From positions 1 through 64,000 of the IMG/VR virus record IMGVR_UViG_3300035183_000733: a DNA stretch of 64,000 nt. One strand, written 5' to 3'. The notes beneath the pieces are model-generated. The model saw only the letters and a program-made list of their open reading frames with translations. It was not told the origin of the DNA and did not search any database. Made by a program: the position numbers and the translations under genes. Below are positions 10,424 to 20,487 of the stretch, piece after piece (position 1 is the stretch's first letter; each line of letters opens with the position of its first letter).

Positions 10424-11005
10424 TTGTGTCAAACAACAGATAAAATCGTGGATAACAAACCAAACTGGAAGAATAAACGCTACGGGCCAAAACAGCCGGA
10501 GCACAACATCAACAAAGCGATACGTCACCCACAGGTAAGGATCACCGGGGAGGGCGTTGAATCAAAGGTGGTCAGTATACAGGAGGCGCAGCGGATGGCC
10601 GACGAGCTCGGCCTCGACCTGGTGGAAATATCGGCGACGGCGCAACCGCCGGTGTGCAGGATAGTCGAGTACGGGAAATTCCTGTACGAGATGAAGCAGA
10701 AGAAGAAGGAGATAAAGAAGAACACGCAGGAGCAGAAGACCAAAGAGATGCAGCTCACGCCGAACATCGGGGAGGCGGACATACAGACTAAGTGCAAGAA
10801 CGCCCGCGAGTGGCTGGGCGACGGCGACAAGGTGCGCTGCATCGTAATATTCAAGGGCAGGAACATCGTCTACAAGGACAAGGGCGAGATGCTGCTGCTG
10901 AAGGTTTACCAACTACTCGAGGACGTCGCCAAGGCCGAGCATCTGCCCAAACTGGAGGGCAAGCGCATGAGCATGGTGCTGTCACCTAATAGAAAGAAGA
11001 AGTGA
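10424..11005 (+). CDS. infC: translation initiation factor IF-3 (start uncertain, possibly GTG ~10449)
   Basis: INKAIRHPQVR...LGLDLVEIS...PPVCRIVEYGKFLYE...GDKV...FKGR. Confidence 0.95.
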   Translation: MCQTTDKIVDNKPNWKNKRYGPKQPEHNINKAIRHPQVRITGEGVESKVVSIQEAQRMADELGLDLVEISATAQPPVCRIVEYGKFLYEMKQKKKEIKKNTQEQKTKEMQLTPNIGEADIQTKCKNAREWLGDGDKVRCIVIFKGRNIVYKDKGEMLLLKVYQLLEDVAKAEHLPKLEGKRMSMVLSPNRKKK

Positions 11006-11406
11006 TGGAGAATACTGACGAAATAAATGGGCTCAAAGAGAGGCTCAAGCATTGGGAGCGCATGCGCGACGAGGCCGAGGAGGAGGCGCAGAAATGTCGG
11101 AGGGCGTTGAGGGACCTTGATATGAAGAGCGCGCTGGCTCGTAAAAAGGCCGCGGCCAGGAAGTTCATGATGATGAAAACGGGCAAGCAAGACCAAGTGG
11201 TCGCCGCAATCAGGCACATAGGAAAGACCACTACGGCCGGGCCCATCTGTGCGCAACTGAAGAAGTACTACGGGATAGACATACACAACTCGGAATTCGC
11301 TACGAATTACCTTCAGTACATAAAGGACGACCCTCGCATAATCATCACGAAGGTGAACGCCACCAAGAACACCTACTCTCTGAGAGAATGGGAAGGTAAG
11401 AAATGA
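11002..11406 (+). CDS. hypothetical protein (coiled coil + possible winged helix)
   Basis: coupled ORF. Confidence 0.65.
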   Translation: MMENTDEINGLKERLKHWERMRDEAEEEAQKCRRALRDLDMKSALARKKAAARKFMMMKTGKQDQVVAAIRHIGKTTTAGPICAQLKKYYGIDIHNSEFATNYLQYIKDDPRIIITKVNATKNTYSLREWEGKK

Positions 11407-11699
11407 ACGTACTGTTCGTGTGCTCGGCAAACAAGCCGAGGTCGAAGACCGCGGACGATTACTTCTCGGTGAACTTCTCGGAACACACTTTCATGTCCAC
11501 ATGGACGACATTTCTCGAAGGACATGCTGTACCGGACGGACGTGGTGCTGGTCATGGAGGAGAAGCACCAGGACACGGTGAAAATCTGCACAATGTAAAG
11601 GTGCTCGGTATACCGGACGATTTCAGGTACATGCGGAAGGAACTCATAAACGGGAGACAACGAGCGATCATGCCGCATGAGAGCGTCGATGCTGCTTGA
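11403..11699 (+). pseudogene. low-molecular-weight protein tyrosine phosphatase-like, frameshifted
   Basis: VLFVCSANKPRS CX5R motif; alternate frame DVVLVMEEKH; LGIPDDFRYM. Confidence 0.65.
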
Positions 11700-11770
11700 G
11701 CCTGCAAATTTCATGGAAGTAAATTCAAACTATCGCAAATATTAACCGAAACAAAAACTAAATTCGTTAC

Positions 11771-14038
11771 ATGATAGAAAAATACACAGATATTGAACTT
11801 ACGGTAACACGCAACCCGATTCAGTACTACGCGTTCCTCGACATCGTTAACTCGGTAGACGAGGCGCAGAAGAAAAGCATCCAAGAAATACACTTCGAGA
11901 TGCTCAACGAAATTAAAGTCCTCAGAGACAAGAGTGAGAAGATTGATAACGCCGCATCGGACTTCATGCAGGAGTCGAGACAGAATCTCAAACTAAACAG
12001 GGGACTAATCTCCACGCTCGAGCAGGAGGACGATACCTACCAGAAGTTCCACAACGAGCACCTGAACTTCGTAGTCATGCTCGCGAATCTCGTCAAGAGC
12101 ATATCCAAGACTTACAAGGACGTTTACGAGGTAGCGAGTTCTCTCAACCCTCCATCCACTATGACCATAGGTGGAAAACGTAATATCACGAAGACATTCG
12201 ACAATCTCGAACAGCTCATGGGCATGCGCACCGAGATGGACATCAACGGCCCGGCAATTGAGCGTTGGGTGAAAGACCTCGCCATATTCTACACCAATTA
12301 CGACGTAGCTTCACAGCTCGCTGGCGGTTTGTACCAGGTAGTCGATAAGTACTACAAGATGCTTGTACACAGGCATACTAAGGAGGGGATAAAGATACAC
12401 AAGGACGCAATCATAACTGACGTAGCGTACCGCATATTCGAGAACATAGACTCTCATGGAGAGGTGGAGTCTGGCCGTGACGCCAAGACTGTGTCAGCGT
12501 ATACACTGCGCAAAGCTGAGATGCTTACTGCCGCAATAAAAGACGACATGGTATTCGGCTTTATCAGCGAACCGGACACGCTGTTCAAGTTCATCGAGGA
12601 CGCGCTCATACAGCTCGAGGGATTCATGAAAAGGATAACCGAGGTGATGAAGCCGCAGATCAAGCAGGTGTTCGAGAAGTTCACGATGGCCCGCGAGGCG
12701 CCGGACGTGAAGTCGACCCTGAAGAGGTCGCTCGCGGCAATTAAAGACACCAACCCGCTGAACGTGTCGTATGTGGAGTCTACCAAGATGAAAACGGAGA
12801 CCGAAGCGATGGCCGACGATCTCACGAACGAGACCATCGAGAAGATAGTCGACATGCTCACCAACGGCGCGCCGTTTCAGGAGATAGTGCAGTACGTACT
12901 CGGGCGCAAGGCAGAGCTGAAGAAGTTCTTCCACGAGGAGAACAGCTTCTACACATGCAAGATAAGCGAGGGCAACCCGTTCATGGGCCTCGCGCCAGGC
13001 GCGCTCGAGGTTGTGCCTGCTCAGAAGCCAAGAGGCGACATATCGAAGATCCTCGGAAGCGGGTTCGACGAGGTGCGCGAGTTCGCCGACTCGATAAAAT
13101 CCTCCGCCAAATGGCACGACCTGTTCATGGCAACGAGCCCGAGCGGAACCACAGACAAATCGAACATCCTGCTCATAGGACCGCAAGGTTGCGGCAAGAC
13201 CGAGGTGATGAGAGCCATCGGCGCGGCGAAAGATAGCATTGGCATATTCGCACAGGGTTCAGACTTCCAGACATGCTGGAAGGGCGAAGCAGAGAAGAAC
13301 CCTAAGAGATTGTTCGAGGCCGGAGTGAAACTCAACAAAGAGTCAGGCAAGCATGTGCACCTCCTCATCGACGAGATAGATGCAGTTTTAAACAGCGACC
13401 GCGACTTCAGCGGGTCCAACCTGACGCTCGAGTTTCAGATACTCATGGACGGCGTTGTGTCGTACCCTAACCTCAGCGTGTGGGGCGCGACGAACAACCC
13501 TGAGAGAATCCCGATTCCGATGATACGCCGCTTCAGTAAGGTGCTCATTGTGGGCGAGCTCAACCAGATACAGCGAGTGAGACTGCTCAAGGACTTCCTC
13601 GGCTACATGCCGCTCGGAGAAATAGAGGACGCGAAGTGGGAGGAGTGGGGTCGCCAACTCGAAGGAGCAACAGGCGACGTGATACGAAAAATCGCGGACT
13701 ACCTGTGGAGGAAGAAGATGAACCATTTCGTGCACACCAAGCCTACTGAGGCGGAAGCAGTCATGCAGTACCTCACGTCCAAGGGCAAGTTCGAGATAGA
13801 CAAGTTCGACCGGGCCGAGTTCAAGAAGGTGCTCGGCAAGCATTTCCACATAGGCTCGAAGGACATTACCATGTCGGTCGAAGAGAACCTAACCAACATG
13901 GCAGTGCGCTCGGAAATCAAAACCGCGATACAGACGTACGAGAGAGCAAGACAGCTACTCGAGAGCCTGAAAGGCTCTAAGATAGTGGAACCGAAAGAGG
14001 GGATGAAAGTCGCCGAGATGTCCGAGGAGAAGAAGTAG
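11771..14038 (+). CDS. AAA+ ATPase with long helical N-terminus
   Basis: GPQGCGKT, LLIDEID, WGATNNPE...MIRRF. Confidence 0.9.
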   Translation: MIEKYTDIELTVTRNPIQYYAFLDIVNSVDEAQKKSIQEIHFEMLNEIKVLRDKSEKIDNAASDFMQESRQNLKLNRGLISTLEQEDDTYQKFHNEHLNFVVMLANLVKSISKTYKDVYEVASSLNPPSTMTIGGKRNITKTFDNLEQLMGMRTEMDINGPAIERWVKDLAIFYTNYDVASQLAGGLYQVVDKYYKMLVHRHTKEGIKIHKDAIITDVAYRIFENIDSHGEVESGRDAKTVSAYTLRKAEMLTAAIKDDMVFGFISEPDTLFKFIEDALIQLEGFMKRITEVMKPQIKQVFEKFTMAREAPDVKSTLKRSLAAIKDTNPLNVSYVESTKMKTETEAMADDLTNETIEKIVDMLTNGAPFQEIVQYVLGRKAELKKFFHEENSFYTCKISEGNPFMGLAPGALEVVPAQKPRGDISKILGSGFDEVREFADSIKSSAKWHDLFMATSPSGTTDKSNILLIGPQGCGKTEVMRAIGAAKDSIGIFAQGSDFQTCWKGEAEKNPKRLFEAGVKLNKESGKHVHLLIDEIDAVLNSDRDFSGSNLTLEFQILMDGVVSYPNLSVWGATNNPERIPIPMIRRFSKVLIVGELNQIQRVRLLKDFLGYMPLGEIEDAKWEEWGRQLEGATGDVIRKIADYLWRKKMNHFVHTKPTEAEAVMQYLTSKGKFEIDKFDRAEFKKVLGKHFHIGSKDITMSVEENLTNMAVRSEIKTAIQTYERARQLLESLKGSKIVEPKEGMKVAEMSEEKK

Positions 14039-14124
14039 AAGAAGTAAGCACATAAAGACGAAAAGCACGTATTTCCAGTACGTGCTTTTTATTTTGTTAA
14101 AATCTCGTACCTTTACATCTACCA

Positions 14125-15336
14125 ATGAACCAGGGAAGGTACATAATCATAGGAGCCACTCACACCGGCATCCAGCTAACCAAAAAGCTGAAAGGCATCG
14201 CCATATCGGTAGTGCTCGCGGATACTCGCGAATGCCCTGACAGGGACGTCAAGAGCGTATACAAGCAGCTCGACATAATTGAGGATGCTGTTGTGCTCGG
14301 CGGGGATTGTTACTTCGTGACGTTCGACGAGGACAGCGCCAACGTGCGCATGTGCCTATCGATAAACAGGCAGCACAAAGACTCTCAAATATACACGATG
14401 CTCGCGCAGGAATCGCTCGGCGATAAGGTCGCCAAGTGCATGCCGAACTTCAGGTACATAAACCCGGCAAAACAAGCGGCAAAACAGTTCGTGAGGACGG
14501 CCGTGTCGAACCCCCAGCATACAGCGGAAACCAAGTTCAAGTGGCCAAAGTTGAAGTTGAAGTTGAAGCTCGATAGTCTCGTGAAGAAAGCGATAACGTT
14601 CATACTATCGGTCATGCTCGCCTCGACACTGTTCTTTCATTTCTATGACGGGCTGCTCTGGATAGATTCGTTCTACTTCACGGTGACCATGATGGCCACG
14701 GTTGGATTCGGCGACTACTCGCTCAAGGACCACTCTGGCCTCTCAAAAATAGTCGGCAGCCTCATCATGATGTTCGCCGTAACCGGTACGGCCATAATAT
14801 TCGCTCTCGTATCAGACAGCATCATCCGTAGACGGAAAGAGCTGTCCATGGGAAGAACGAGCTACAAGGGGCACGGGCACGTTCTCGTTGTCGGCGGCGG
14901 TTCGGTCGGATTCAATGTGATAAAACTATTGCTCGAGCAGGGTGAGAAACCGGTCATACTCGACAAGACGCTCGACGGCAGATACAGCCAACAGATAGTG
15001 GACCTCGGAGTTCCGTATCTGGTGGGTAACGCGAAGGACGAACAAAACTTATACAGGGCCGGACTCGGCCAATGCAAAGCCCTTATATGCGTTACGCAGG
15101 ACGACCTCACCAACCTCGAGGTCGGACTCGACGCGAGAACCGGCAGGCCGGACTTGCGCGTGGTGCTAAGGATATACGACCAGAATCTCGCGGTCAATCT
15201 CAGGGACGCTGCGGCTATAAAACACACGCTGTCTATGTCAAACATCGCGGCAGAGGAGTTCGTGGAAATGGTATCGACGCCACAGGCGCAGGCGATAATA
15301 CAGATGACAAAAAACTCGATAAAAACAACGATATGA
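14125..15336 (+). CDS. potassium channel with RCK/TrkA domains
   Basis: TM-FYFTVTMMATVGFGD-TM K+ filter; VVGGGSVG Rossmann RCK domain. Confidence 0.9.
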   Translation: MNQGRYIIIGATHTGIQLTKKLKGIAISVVLADTRECPDRDVKSVYKQLDIIEDAVVLGGDCYFVTFDEDSANVRMCLSINRQHKDSQIYTMLAQESLGDKVAKCMPNFRYINPAKQAAKQFVRTAVSNPQHTAETKFKWPKLKLKLKLDSLVKKAITFILSVMLASTLFFHFYDGLLWIDSFYFTVTMMATVGFGDYSLKDHSGLSKIVGSLIMMFAVTGTAIIFALVSDSIIRRRKELSMGRTSYKGHGHVLVVGGGSVGFNVIKLLLEQGEKPVILDKTLDGRYSQQIVDLGVPYLVGNAKDEQNLYRAGLGQCKALICVTQDDLTNLEVGLDARTGRPDLRVVLRIYDQNLAVNLRDAAAIKHTLSMSNIAAEEFVEMVSTPQAQAIIQMTKNSIKTTI

Positions 15337-15590
15337 AAAGCGACTACACGTACAAAATAGACGGCACGGTACTCTTCATAGAAGACAGAGACCTGGGCAG
15401 GATGTCAGTTACCAATAACATCGAGAACGTGCTTGAAGAGATCTCGAAGGAACTGGGCACATCGATCCAGAATTACCAGGTGATATACAGAGATTCTGAC
15501 GGTAACATAGACGGGGTAATAACGCAGGGGGGGGTAAGTTTGATAAGTTCTACTATATTGGTGAGACTGACTTTTATGCGGCCAAACTAA
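15333..15590 (+). CDS. small phage hypothetical protein
   Basis: MKSDYTY...MSVTNNIENVL...IYRDSDG. Confidence 0.6.
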   Translation: MKSDYTYKIDGTVLFIEDRDLGRMSVTNNIENVLEEISKELGTSIQNYQVIYRDSDGNIDGVITQGGVSLISSTILVRLTFMRPN

Positions 15591-15679
15591 AAATTAAGAC
15601 ACAATGATAAAGGCAAGAAAAGACAACCTCGCGATCCTCGGACTGAGCGACGCGCTCGAGCACACAATACTTAAATAAG

Positions 15680-16078
15680 ATGATAACACAGTACACTATA
15701 CACACCTGCATGGGCAAGATCTCCGGAGATTGCCCTCCGTTCCTCACATCAGAGGAGCAGAAAGAATTCGACACCATCGGGCACACCGGCAAGAACAGCC
15801 TTGGCGTTAAGTCGTCATACGGCGAGTACCTCAACAGCCTTGGCAAGGGGGAGTTCTCTATCAAGCAGACGAAAAGCGACACCGGAGACTTCTGCGAGAC
15901 CTTCGAGGTGACATGGGACAAACCGGAACCAGGCGTGAGGGCGAAGGAGGTCTTGAAGGACTGCGCACAGAAGCTTGCGAACCTGGCGGGCATGCCGTAC
16001 GCGTGGGGGGATGTTTACAACCGCCTCGCCGACGGGCAGCCTCTGCCGTTCAACTTCAGAGACGAGGTCCGGAAATAA
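15680..16078 (+). CDS. hypothetical protein
   Basis: ORF with good codon pattern. Confidence 0.65.
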   Translation: MITQYTIHTCMGKISGDCPPFLTSEEQKEFDTIGHTGKNSLGVKSSYGEYLNSLGKGEFSIKQTKSDTGDFCETFEVTWDKPEPGVRAKEVLKDCAQKLANLAGMPYAWGDVYNRLADGQPLPFNFRDEVRK

Positions 16079-16259
16079 AAAAATCACCGGCGGGAACAAA
16101 CGACGCGGCGCTTGCGTAAAAAAATTATCCAAGCGCCTTAGGTTCAATATTATTAACAACCGATAAGGCTATGAATTTTGAAATATACAACGCAAATGGT
16201 CTGGTATTCTGGACCGGCGAGGAGATCCGTCTCCGCCGACACTTTGAAGCTACCTTAAG

Positions 16260-16868
16260 TTGCTCGGCAAGGAGTTCCCAGAGCTGTTCGACAAGTCGGA
16301 GCTCAAGGAGCTGATAGCGGACCATGATGGCGGCACCATAGACAGCGATGAGAAGCGTATAATGATGGGCGCCATGAAGTTCTCTGAGAAGACGGCACAG
16401 GACGTTATCACACCGGCCACGATACTGTTCCACCTGGACGAGGACGTGATAATAACGGAGGCGACGCTCAGGCGCATAAAACACGAGCATTATTCCAGGA
16501 TACCGGTGCACAGTGGGACGAGGGACAGGATAGTCGGCATATTGTACGCGAAGGACCTCATAGGTCTGAACGTTACGGATCTTAAAGAGAATGGGCAGAC
16601 CAAGACAATCGGAGACATGTGCAAGCGTGATGGGCTGCTGTGTATTCGCGAGACCATGCACCTCGACTCCCTCATGAATTATTTCTTGAAGAACAAGACG
16701 CACATGGCCTTCGTATACAACGAGTTCAACATACTCCAGGGTATTGTGACGCTCGAGGACATCATGGAGGAGGTTCTCGACATAGAGATACTCGACGAGT
16801 CGGATACTGTGGCGGACCTGCAGAAGTTGGCGGCCAGCAGGAACAACCAGATAAACTTACAGGACTGA
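16260..16868 (+). CDS. CBS-pair (CNNM/CorC-like) protein, N-terminal membrane domain missing
   Basis: MKFSEKTAQDVITP, YSRIPV, IVGILYAKDL, GIVTLEDIMEE. Confidence 0.8.
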   Translation: MLGKEFPELFDKSELKELIADHDGGTIDSDEKRIMMGAMKFSEKTAQDVITPATILFHLDEDVIITEATLRRIKHEHYSRIPVHSGTRDRIVGILYAKDLIGLNVTDLKENGQTKTIGDMCKRDGLLCIRETMHLDSLMNYFLKNKTHMAFVYNEFNILQGIVTLEDIMEEVLDIEILDESDTVADLQKLAASRNNQINLQD

Positions 16869-16968
16869 TGAAGCTCACCGCCGTGGCAGTTTATCAAGAA
16901 CGAGCTGCACACCGAGACGTCAGACAACCACTATCAGTGATCATTTTTACAAAACATACAAAAGGACG

Positions 16969-17412
16969 ATGAAGAACGAAAAAGGTATAGACAAGCTGTG
17001 GAAGAGGTTTAACGAGGAGGTCAACGACAAAGAGCTCCAGCGCCGATTCGACGGCTTCAAGAATACGGAGAAGCGCCTTGTGGAACAACATAACGAGCTG
17101 GTGCAACCGATAAATGAGAAGCTGTCAGAGAAATCGAGGCTCGAGCACGTGATAGTCGAGTCCGCGAAGCTCGGCATCCTGCACACCGAGGCCGTTGGCA
17201 TGCTCAAGTCTGCCGAGAAGGAGCTCGCCGAGCTGACAACTAAGATAGCCAAGATAGACGAGGATCTCGAGAATGAGCGTCGGCTGATTAAGAAATACGA
17301 GGATGGCACGGAAGCCAAGCTGTTCCATTACTGGGGTATGCTCACCGCGCTCGACAATACGATCAAACCCTGGATTTCGTTCAAAGAGGATTACAGGGAC
17401 AAAATATTTTAA
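16969..17412 (+). CDS. coiled-coil hypothetical protein
   Basis: heptad-rich 147 aa. Confidence 0.7.
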   Translation: MKNEKGIDKLWKRFNEEVNDKELQRRFDGFKNTEKRLVEQHNELVQPINEKLSEKSRLEHVIVESAKLGILHTEAVGMLKSAEKELAELTTKIAKIDEDLENERRLIKKYEDGTEAKLFHYWGMLTALDNTIKPWISFKEDYRDKIF

Positions 17413-17475
17413 AAATGAAACTACTGACACGTGACGCGTTTAGGGAGGGCGTATTCGCAAGTAAACTGAACTATC

Positions 17476-17764
17476 ATGGAACTGATGGGAATAGAGAATA
17501 TGGACAAGGCCGTATACGGCCTTGTCGACTCTGGAATATTCGGCGCGAGGGTTGTCGCCGGTGTGGTGACAGGCATACGTTATACCGAGGAACGACCATT
17601 GTACGAGGTTTCTTTCGGGAAGAACTCCTGGTGGACGCCTGACATCACGGATAAGGTGGAGGAGATATGGAGGAGATAGGTGACATGTTCAAGCTTGCCA
17701 CCATAGACCGGATAAAGGAAACGCACGGTCTTAAGATAAAGTACGAAAATAAATTCCACAAATA
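17476..17764 (+). CDS. hypothetical protein frameshifted by an 11-nt duplication (GGAGGAGATA x2)
   Basis: removing one copy restores EEIGDMFKLATIDRIKETHG... Confidence 0.5.
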
Positions 17765-17799
17765 ATTCTATTTGTAACCGGTTGTTTTTATATTTGGAC

Positions 17800-18621
17800 A
17801 TGAAAGTAAAGGTAATAGATGAGCTCTCGAGGAAACGAGACGTTTCGGTCGAGAAAGTAAAGAAGGCCGAGGAAGGCCTGGCAGTCGAAGCAAAGCAACT
17901 CTTGCTTGGCGCATCGATAGCAGAACGTCAAGTACTCACAAACGCTGGGCTTGACGGTAATATCAAGAAACACGAAGATGCTAAGGGCATCAATCTCGAG
18001 CGCGAGCGCTTCGAGGGGACGTACGGCGAGAAGGTGTTCACCGAAGACGAGGTGAGGGACATCTGCCAGCAGTACGCGCTCAAGCTACTCCCGTCTAAGT
18101 ATTACAAGGGCGGTATCGACCCGGTGCTCGGGGCCAAGATTGTCGAGTTCTTCAAGAAGAACAACATCGACAGTGGCAACTATGAAGCAGCTAACAACCT
18201 CTACATCATGGCGCCACCGAGCGCATTCAGGCTCGCCAAGAAAGTTGACCCCTTCAGGGTTCAGCTCGATCCGGTTCTTTTCTATCGCATAGGCCGCAGG
18301 AACGACACACCGATGTACGTTCCGGTGCACCAGTGGGGCAATGACTTTACAGTGTTCCGCAGGTTGATTGGCGCTGTGAAGTACAATTTTTGGACCAACG
18401 CCGTGTTTGGCACAGCATATAAGGCTGTCATCCTCCTGATGATATTTGCTATGTTCAAGATAAACGTATACAATCCGAGACCGGTGATGATTGCACTTCC
18501 TATCGCGTTCCTCTGGCACTTATTAGTCTATATAGAGATGTACGGTGGCAGCAACGGCGAAAAGCCGATCTCCGGATCGGAGCACAAGTTCAGTCAGCAC
18601 GGGTGGAACAAAGAATTCTAA
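17800..18621 (+). CDS. membrane protein
   Basis: C-terminal TM pair; TATATTTG promoter upstream. Confidence 0.75.
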   Translation: MKVKVIDELSRKRDVSVEKVKKAEEGLAVEAKQLLLGASIAERQVLTNAGLDGNIKKHEDAKGINLERERFEGTYGEKVFTEDEVRDICQQYALKLLPSKYYKGGIDPVLGAKIVEFFKKNNIDSGNYEAANNLYIMAPPSAFRLAKKVDPFRVQLDPVLFYRIGRRNDTPMYVPVHQWGNDFTVFRRLIGAVKYNFWTNAVFGTAYKAVILLMIFAMFKINVYNPRPVMIALPIAFLWHLLVYIEMYGGSNGEKPISGSEHKFSQHGWNKEF

Positions 18622-18625
18622 TAAG

Positions 18626-18931
18626 ATGAGAGCAGTATTAGTATCGTTGGTGTTTGTGCTCGTGATGAGCGCAGGCATCCTGTTGGCCGGCAGTATTACG
18701 TGGCTAAGATATGGGACGCCAGAGCACGTGACCGTTGAGATAGCGGAGCCCGTGCTGAGCGTCAAGGAGGCGAAGTCCAAGAAGTGGCTCAAGTATGACG
18801 CCCGCAAGGACTACTTCTACCAGTCTACCGTGCAGTACACATACAGGAGGGGCACATTCCCGTTCCTGGCGGTCGACACAACTATTGTTGACCCGAAGGA
18901 GCTATGGAGTAAGGATCACAGGAACTACTAA
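18626..18931 (+). CDS. membrane-anchored small protein
   Basis: N-terminal TM helix. Confidence 0.6.
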   Translation: MRAVLVSLVFVLVMSAGILLAGSITWLRYGTPEHVTVEIAEPVLSVKEAKSKKWLKYDARKDYFYQSTVQYTYRRGTFPFLAVDTTIVDPKELWSKDHRNY

Positions 18932-18932
18932 G

Positions 18933-19232
18933 ATGGGAGACTCAATTTCCGCATATCACGACCGGCTCGAAGAAGAAGCGCGGAAGGAGCGCAAGAAGGA
19001 ACTCAAGGCGCTCCTCAATCACTGGCTTGATAATATCGGGGAGTTCGACAATGTCATCAAGAAGGTGGGCGACGGGATAGAATACGTGGACGAACACGCG
19101 ATCGGTGACCGTAACCTGCACTCGAGAATATCAGAGTTAAGCGATAGTTTCCAGACACTTACGACCCTGCCGGAGAAAAAGCTGGAAAAAAGTGAAACAA
19201 AAATTTCGCCGGGATATATAAAGAGTGTATAA
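18933..19232 (+). CDS. hypothetical protein
   Basis: MGDSISAYHDR... Confidence 0.6.
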   Translation: MGDSISAYHDRLEEEARKERKKELKALLNHWLDNIGEFDNVIKKVGDGIEYVDEHAIGDRNLHSRISELSDSFQTLTTLPEKKLEKSETKISPGYIKSV

Positions 19233-19253
19233 GAAGTAAAAAAACAAGAAGTC

Positions 19254-19619
19254 ATGAAGTAGGTTCAAAAACTGTACGTAGTATCGAGGAAAGACCTCGC
19301 ACCAGGTTATCAGATCGCGCAATCAGCGCACGCCATAGCCGATTTCACAATCAAGCATAATCAGCTTGCGGCAGAGTGGCACAAGAATTCCAATTACATC
19401 GTTTGTTTATCCGCTAAGGACGAGTCCGATTTATGTTTGTTATCAGGCAAACTCGAGTCTCGCGGTATTCCTTTTATCCAGTTTGTCGAACCGGATCTCG
19501 GGAACCAGGTAACTTCTATCGCCGCTTACGGCGAGGACGCCGGCAAACTATTCTCCAATCTGCCGCTCGCGTTGAAGGACCTCGGGAAGCAGGAGACTGT
19601 GAAGGGAGGCTTGATATGA
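19254..19619 (+). CDS. pth2: peptidyl-tRNA hydrolase (Pth2 family) with in-frame TAG at codon 3
   Basis: MK*VQKLYVVSRKDLAPGYQIAQSAHA...W...IVCL...FVEPDLGNQVTSIA. Confidence 0.85.
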
Positions 19620-19743
19620 ACTACGTATGCGACAAGAAGGACGGGATAACAACCCGCACACCAAGGGCAGTCTAAAGTTCAGGGGCAAGTTGAGAATCGA
19701 GGATACGGATGGGCAGGCGATAGCCACCATCCATTGATAAAAA

Positions 19744-19813
19744 GGCGATGTGACCGAGTGGTAGGTACAGGTCCGCAAGATCTGGTACGGTGGTTCGAAT
19801 CCATCCATTGCCT
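19744..19813 (+). tRNA. tRNA-Cys(GCA)
   Basis: cloverleaf, loop CC-GCA-AG, U73. Confidence 0.85.
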
Positions 19814-19829
19814 CAGTTCTTTAAAATAC

Positions 19830-19876
19830 GGGGAGACTTAGATGTTGCAGCGGGTGAGAACCCGCGCTCCCCACCA
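19830..19876 (+). ncRNA. 47-nt acceptor/T-arm minihelix ending in ACCA
   Basis: GGGGAG/CTCCCC stem, GCGGG-TGAGAA-CCCGC arm, no D or anticodon arm. Confidence 0.6.
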
Positions 19877-19951
19877 GTCTCGATAGTATAGCGGCAATTA
19901 TACAACGGTCTCTAAAACCGATAGACATGGGTTCGAATCCCATTCGAGGCA
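19877..19951 (+). tRNA. amber suppressor tRNA(CUA)
   Basis: GTCTCGA/TCGAGGC acceptor; CGGT-CT-CTA-AA-ACCG. Confidence 0.9.
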
Positions 19952-20017
19952 CTTTTTTATAGTTTGGTGTCACAGGGAAAAAGAAGCAGAATTAAGAAAT
20001 AAATTAAAACAAAAGCC

Positions 20018-20041
20018 ATGAAGTAGAACAAGCCACCGTAA
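20018..20041 (+). promoter_or_regulatory. MK(amber)NKPP minigene leader
   Basis: AAAACAAAAGCC-ATG AAG TAG, same context as 19254. Confidence 0.55.
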
Positions 20042-20139
20042 GTCGGTTGTCAAAAGAATGAGGGAGACGTTCGCAAACCCGAACCGTTCATAAACGTGAA
20101 CGCCGAGAAATAGCGAACACAACTATAAAACTCAAAACA

Positions 20140-20487
20140 ATGACAACAATGACAACAACAAAAGTTGAGGCAACGCCTCAGAACATCAATGACGCCGTAG
20201 TGCGCATAGCAGAGTACGCCAAAGCAAAGGGGTACCAATTCAACGAATCGGAAGTGCCCTTCCGCGAGCAGAACATCGCGTTCTGGCAGGGCAGGAAATA
20301 CAGGTTCCTGCACTACCTCTGGAGACACGTGATGAAGATGGACGGTCAGTCGCCAAGGGTGGAGTACTCGGAGAGAGAACAGAAGATCAAGGCCGCGCGA
20401 AAGGCCTGGAAGGCCGCTCAGGCGGAGGCGGAGAAGCTCCAGAAGGAGTACAAGGAGATTAAAGGGGACTTCTACAAGTCCAAGTAA
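20140..20487 (+). CDS. hypothetical protein, basic helical C-terminus
   Basis: ORF followed by terminator hairpin ~20490-20514. Confidence 0.75.
   Translation: MTTMTTTKVEATPQNINDAVVRIAEYAKAKGYQFNESEVPFREQNIAFWQGRKYRFLHYLWRHVMKMDGQSPRVEYSEREQKIKAARKAWKAAQAEAEKLQKEYKEIKGDFYKSK

Noticed and set aside
19616-19675. Cys-sensing attenuator before tRNA-Cys (MNYVCDKK...)
   Set aside because: Only one Cys codon and no terminator hairpin with a U-tract before the tRNA.
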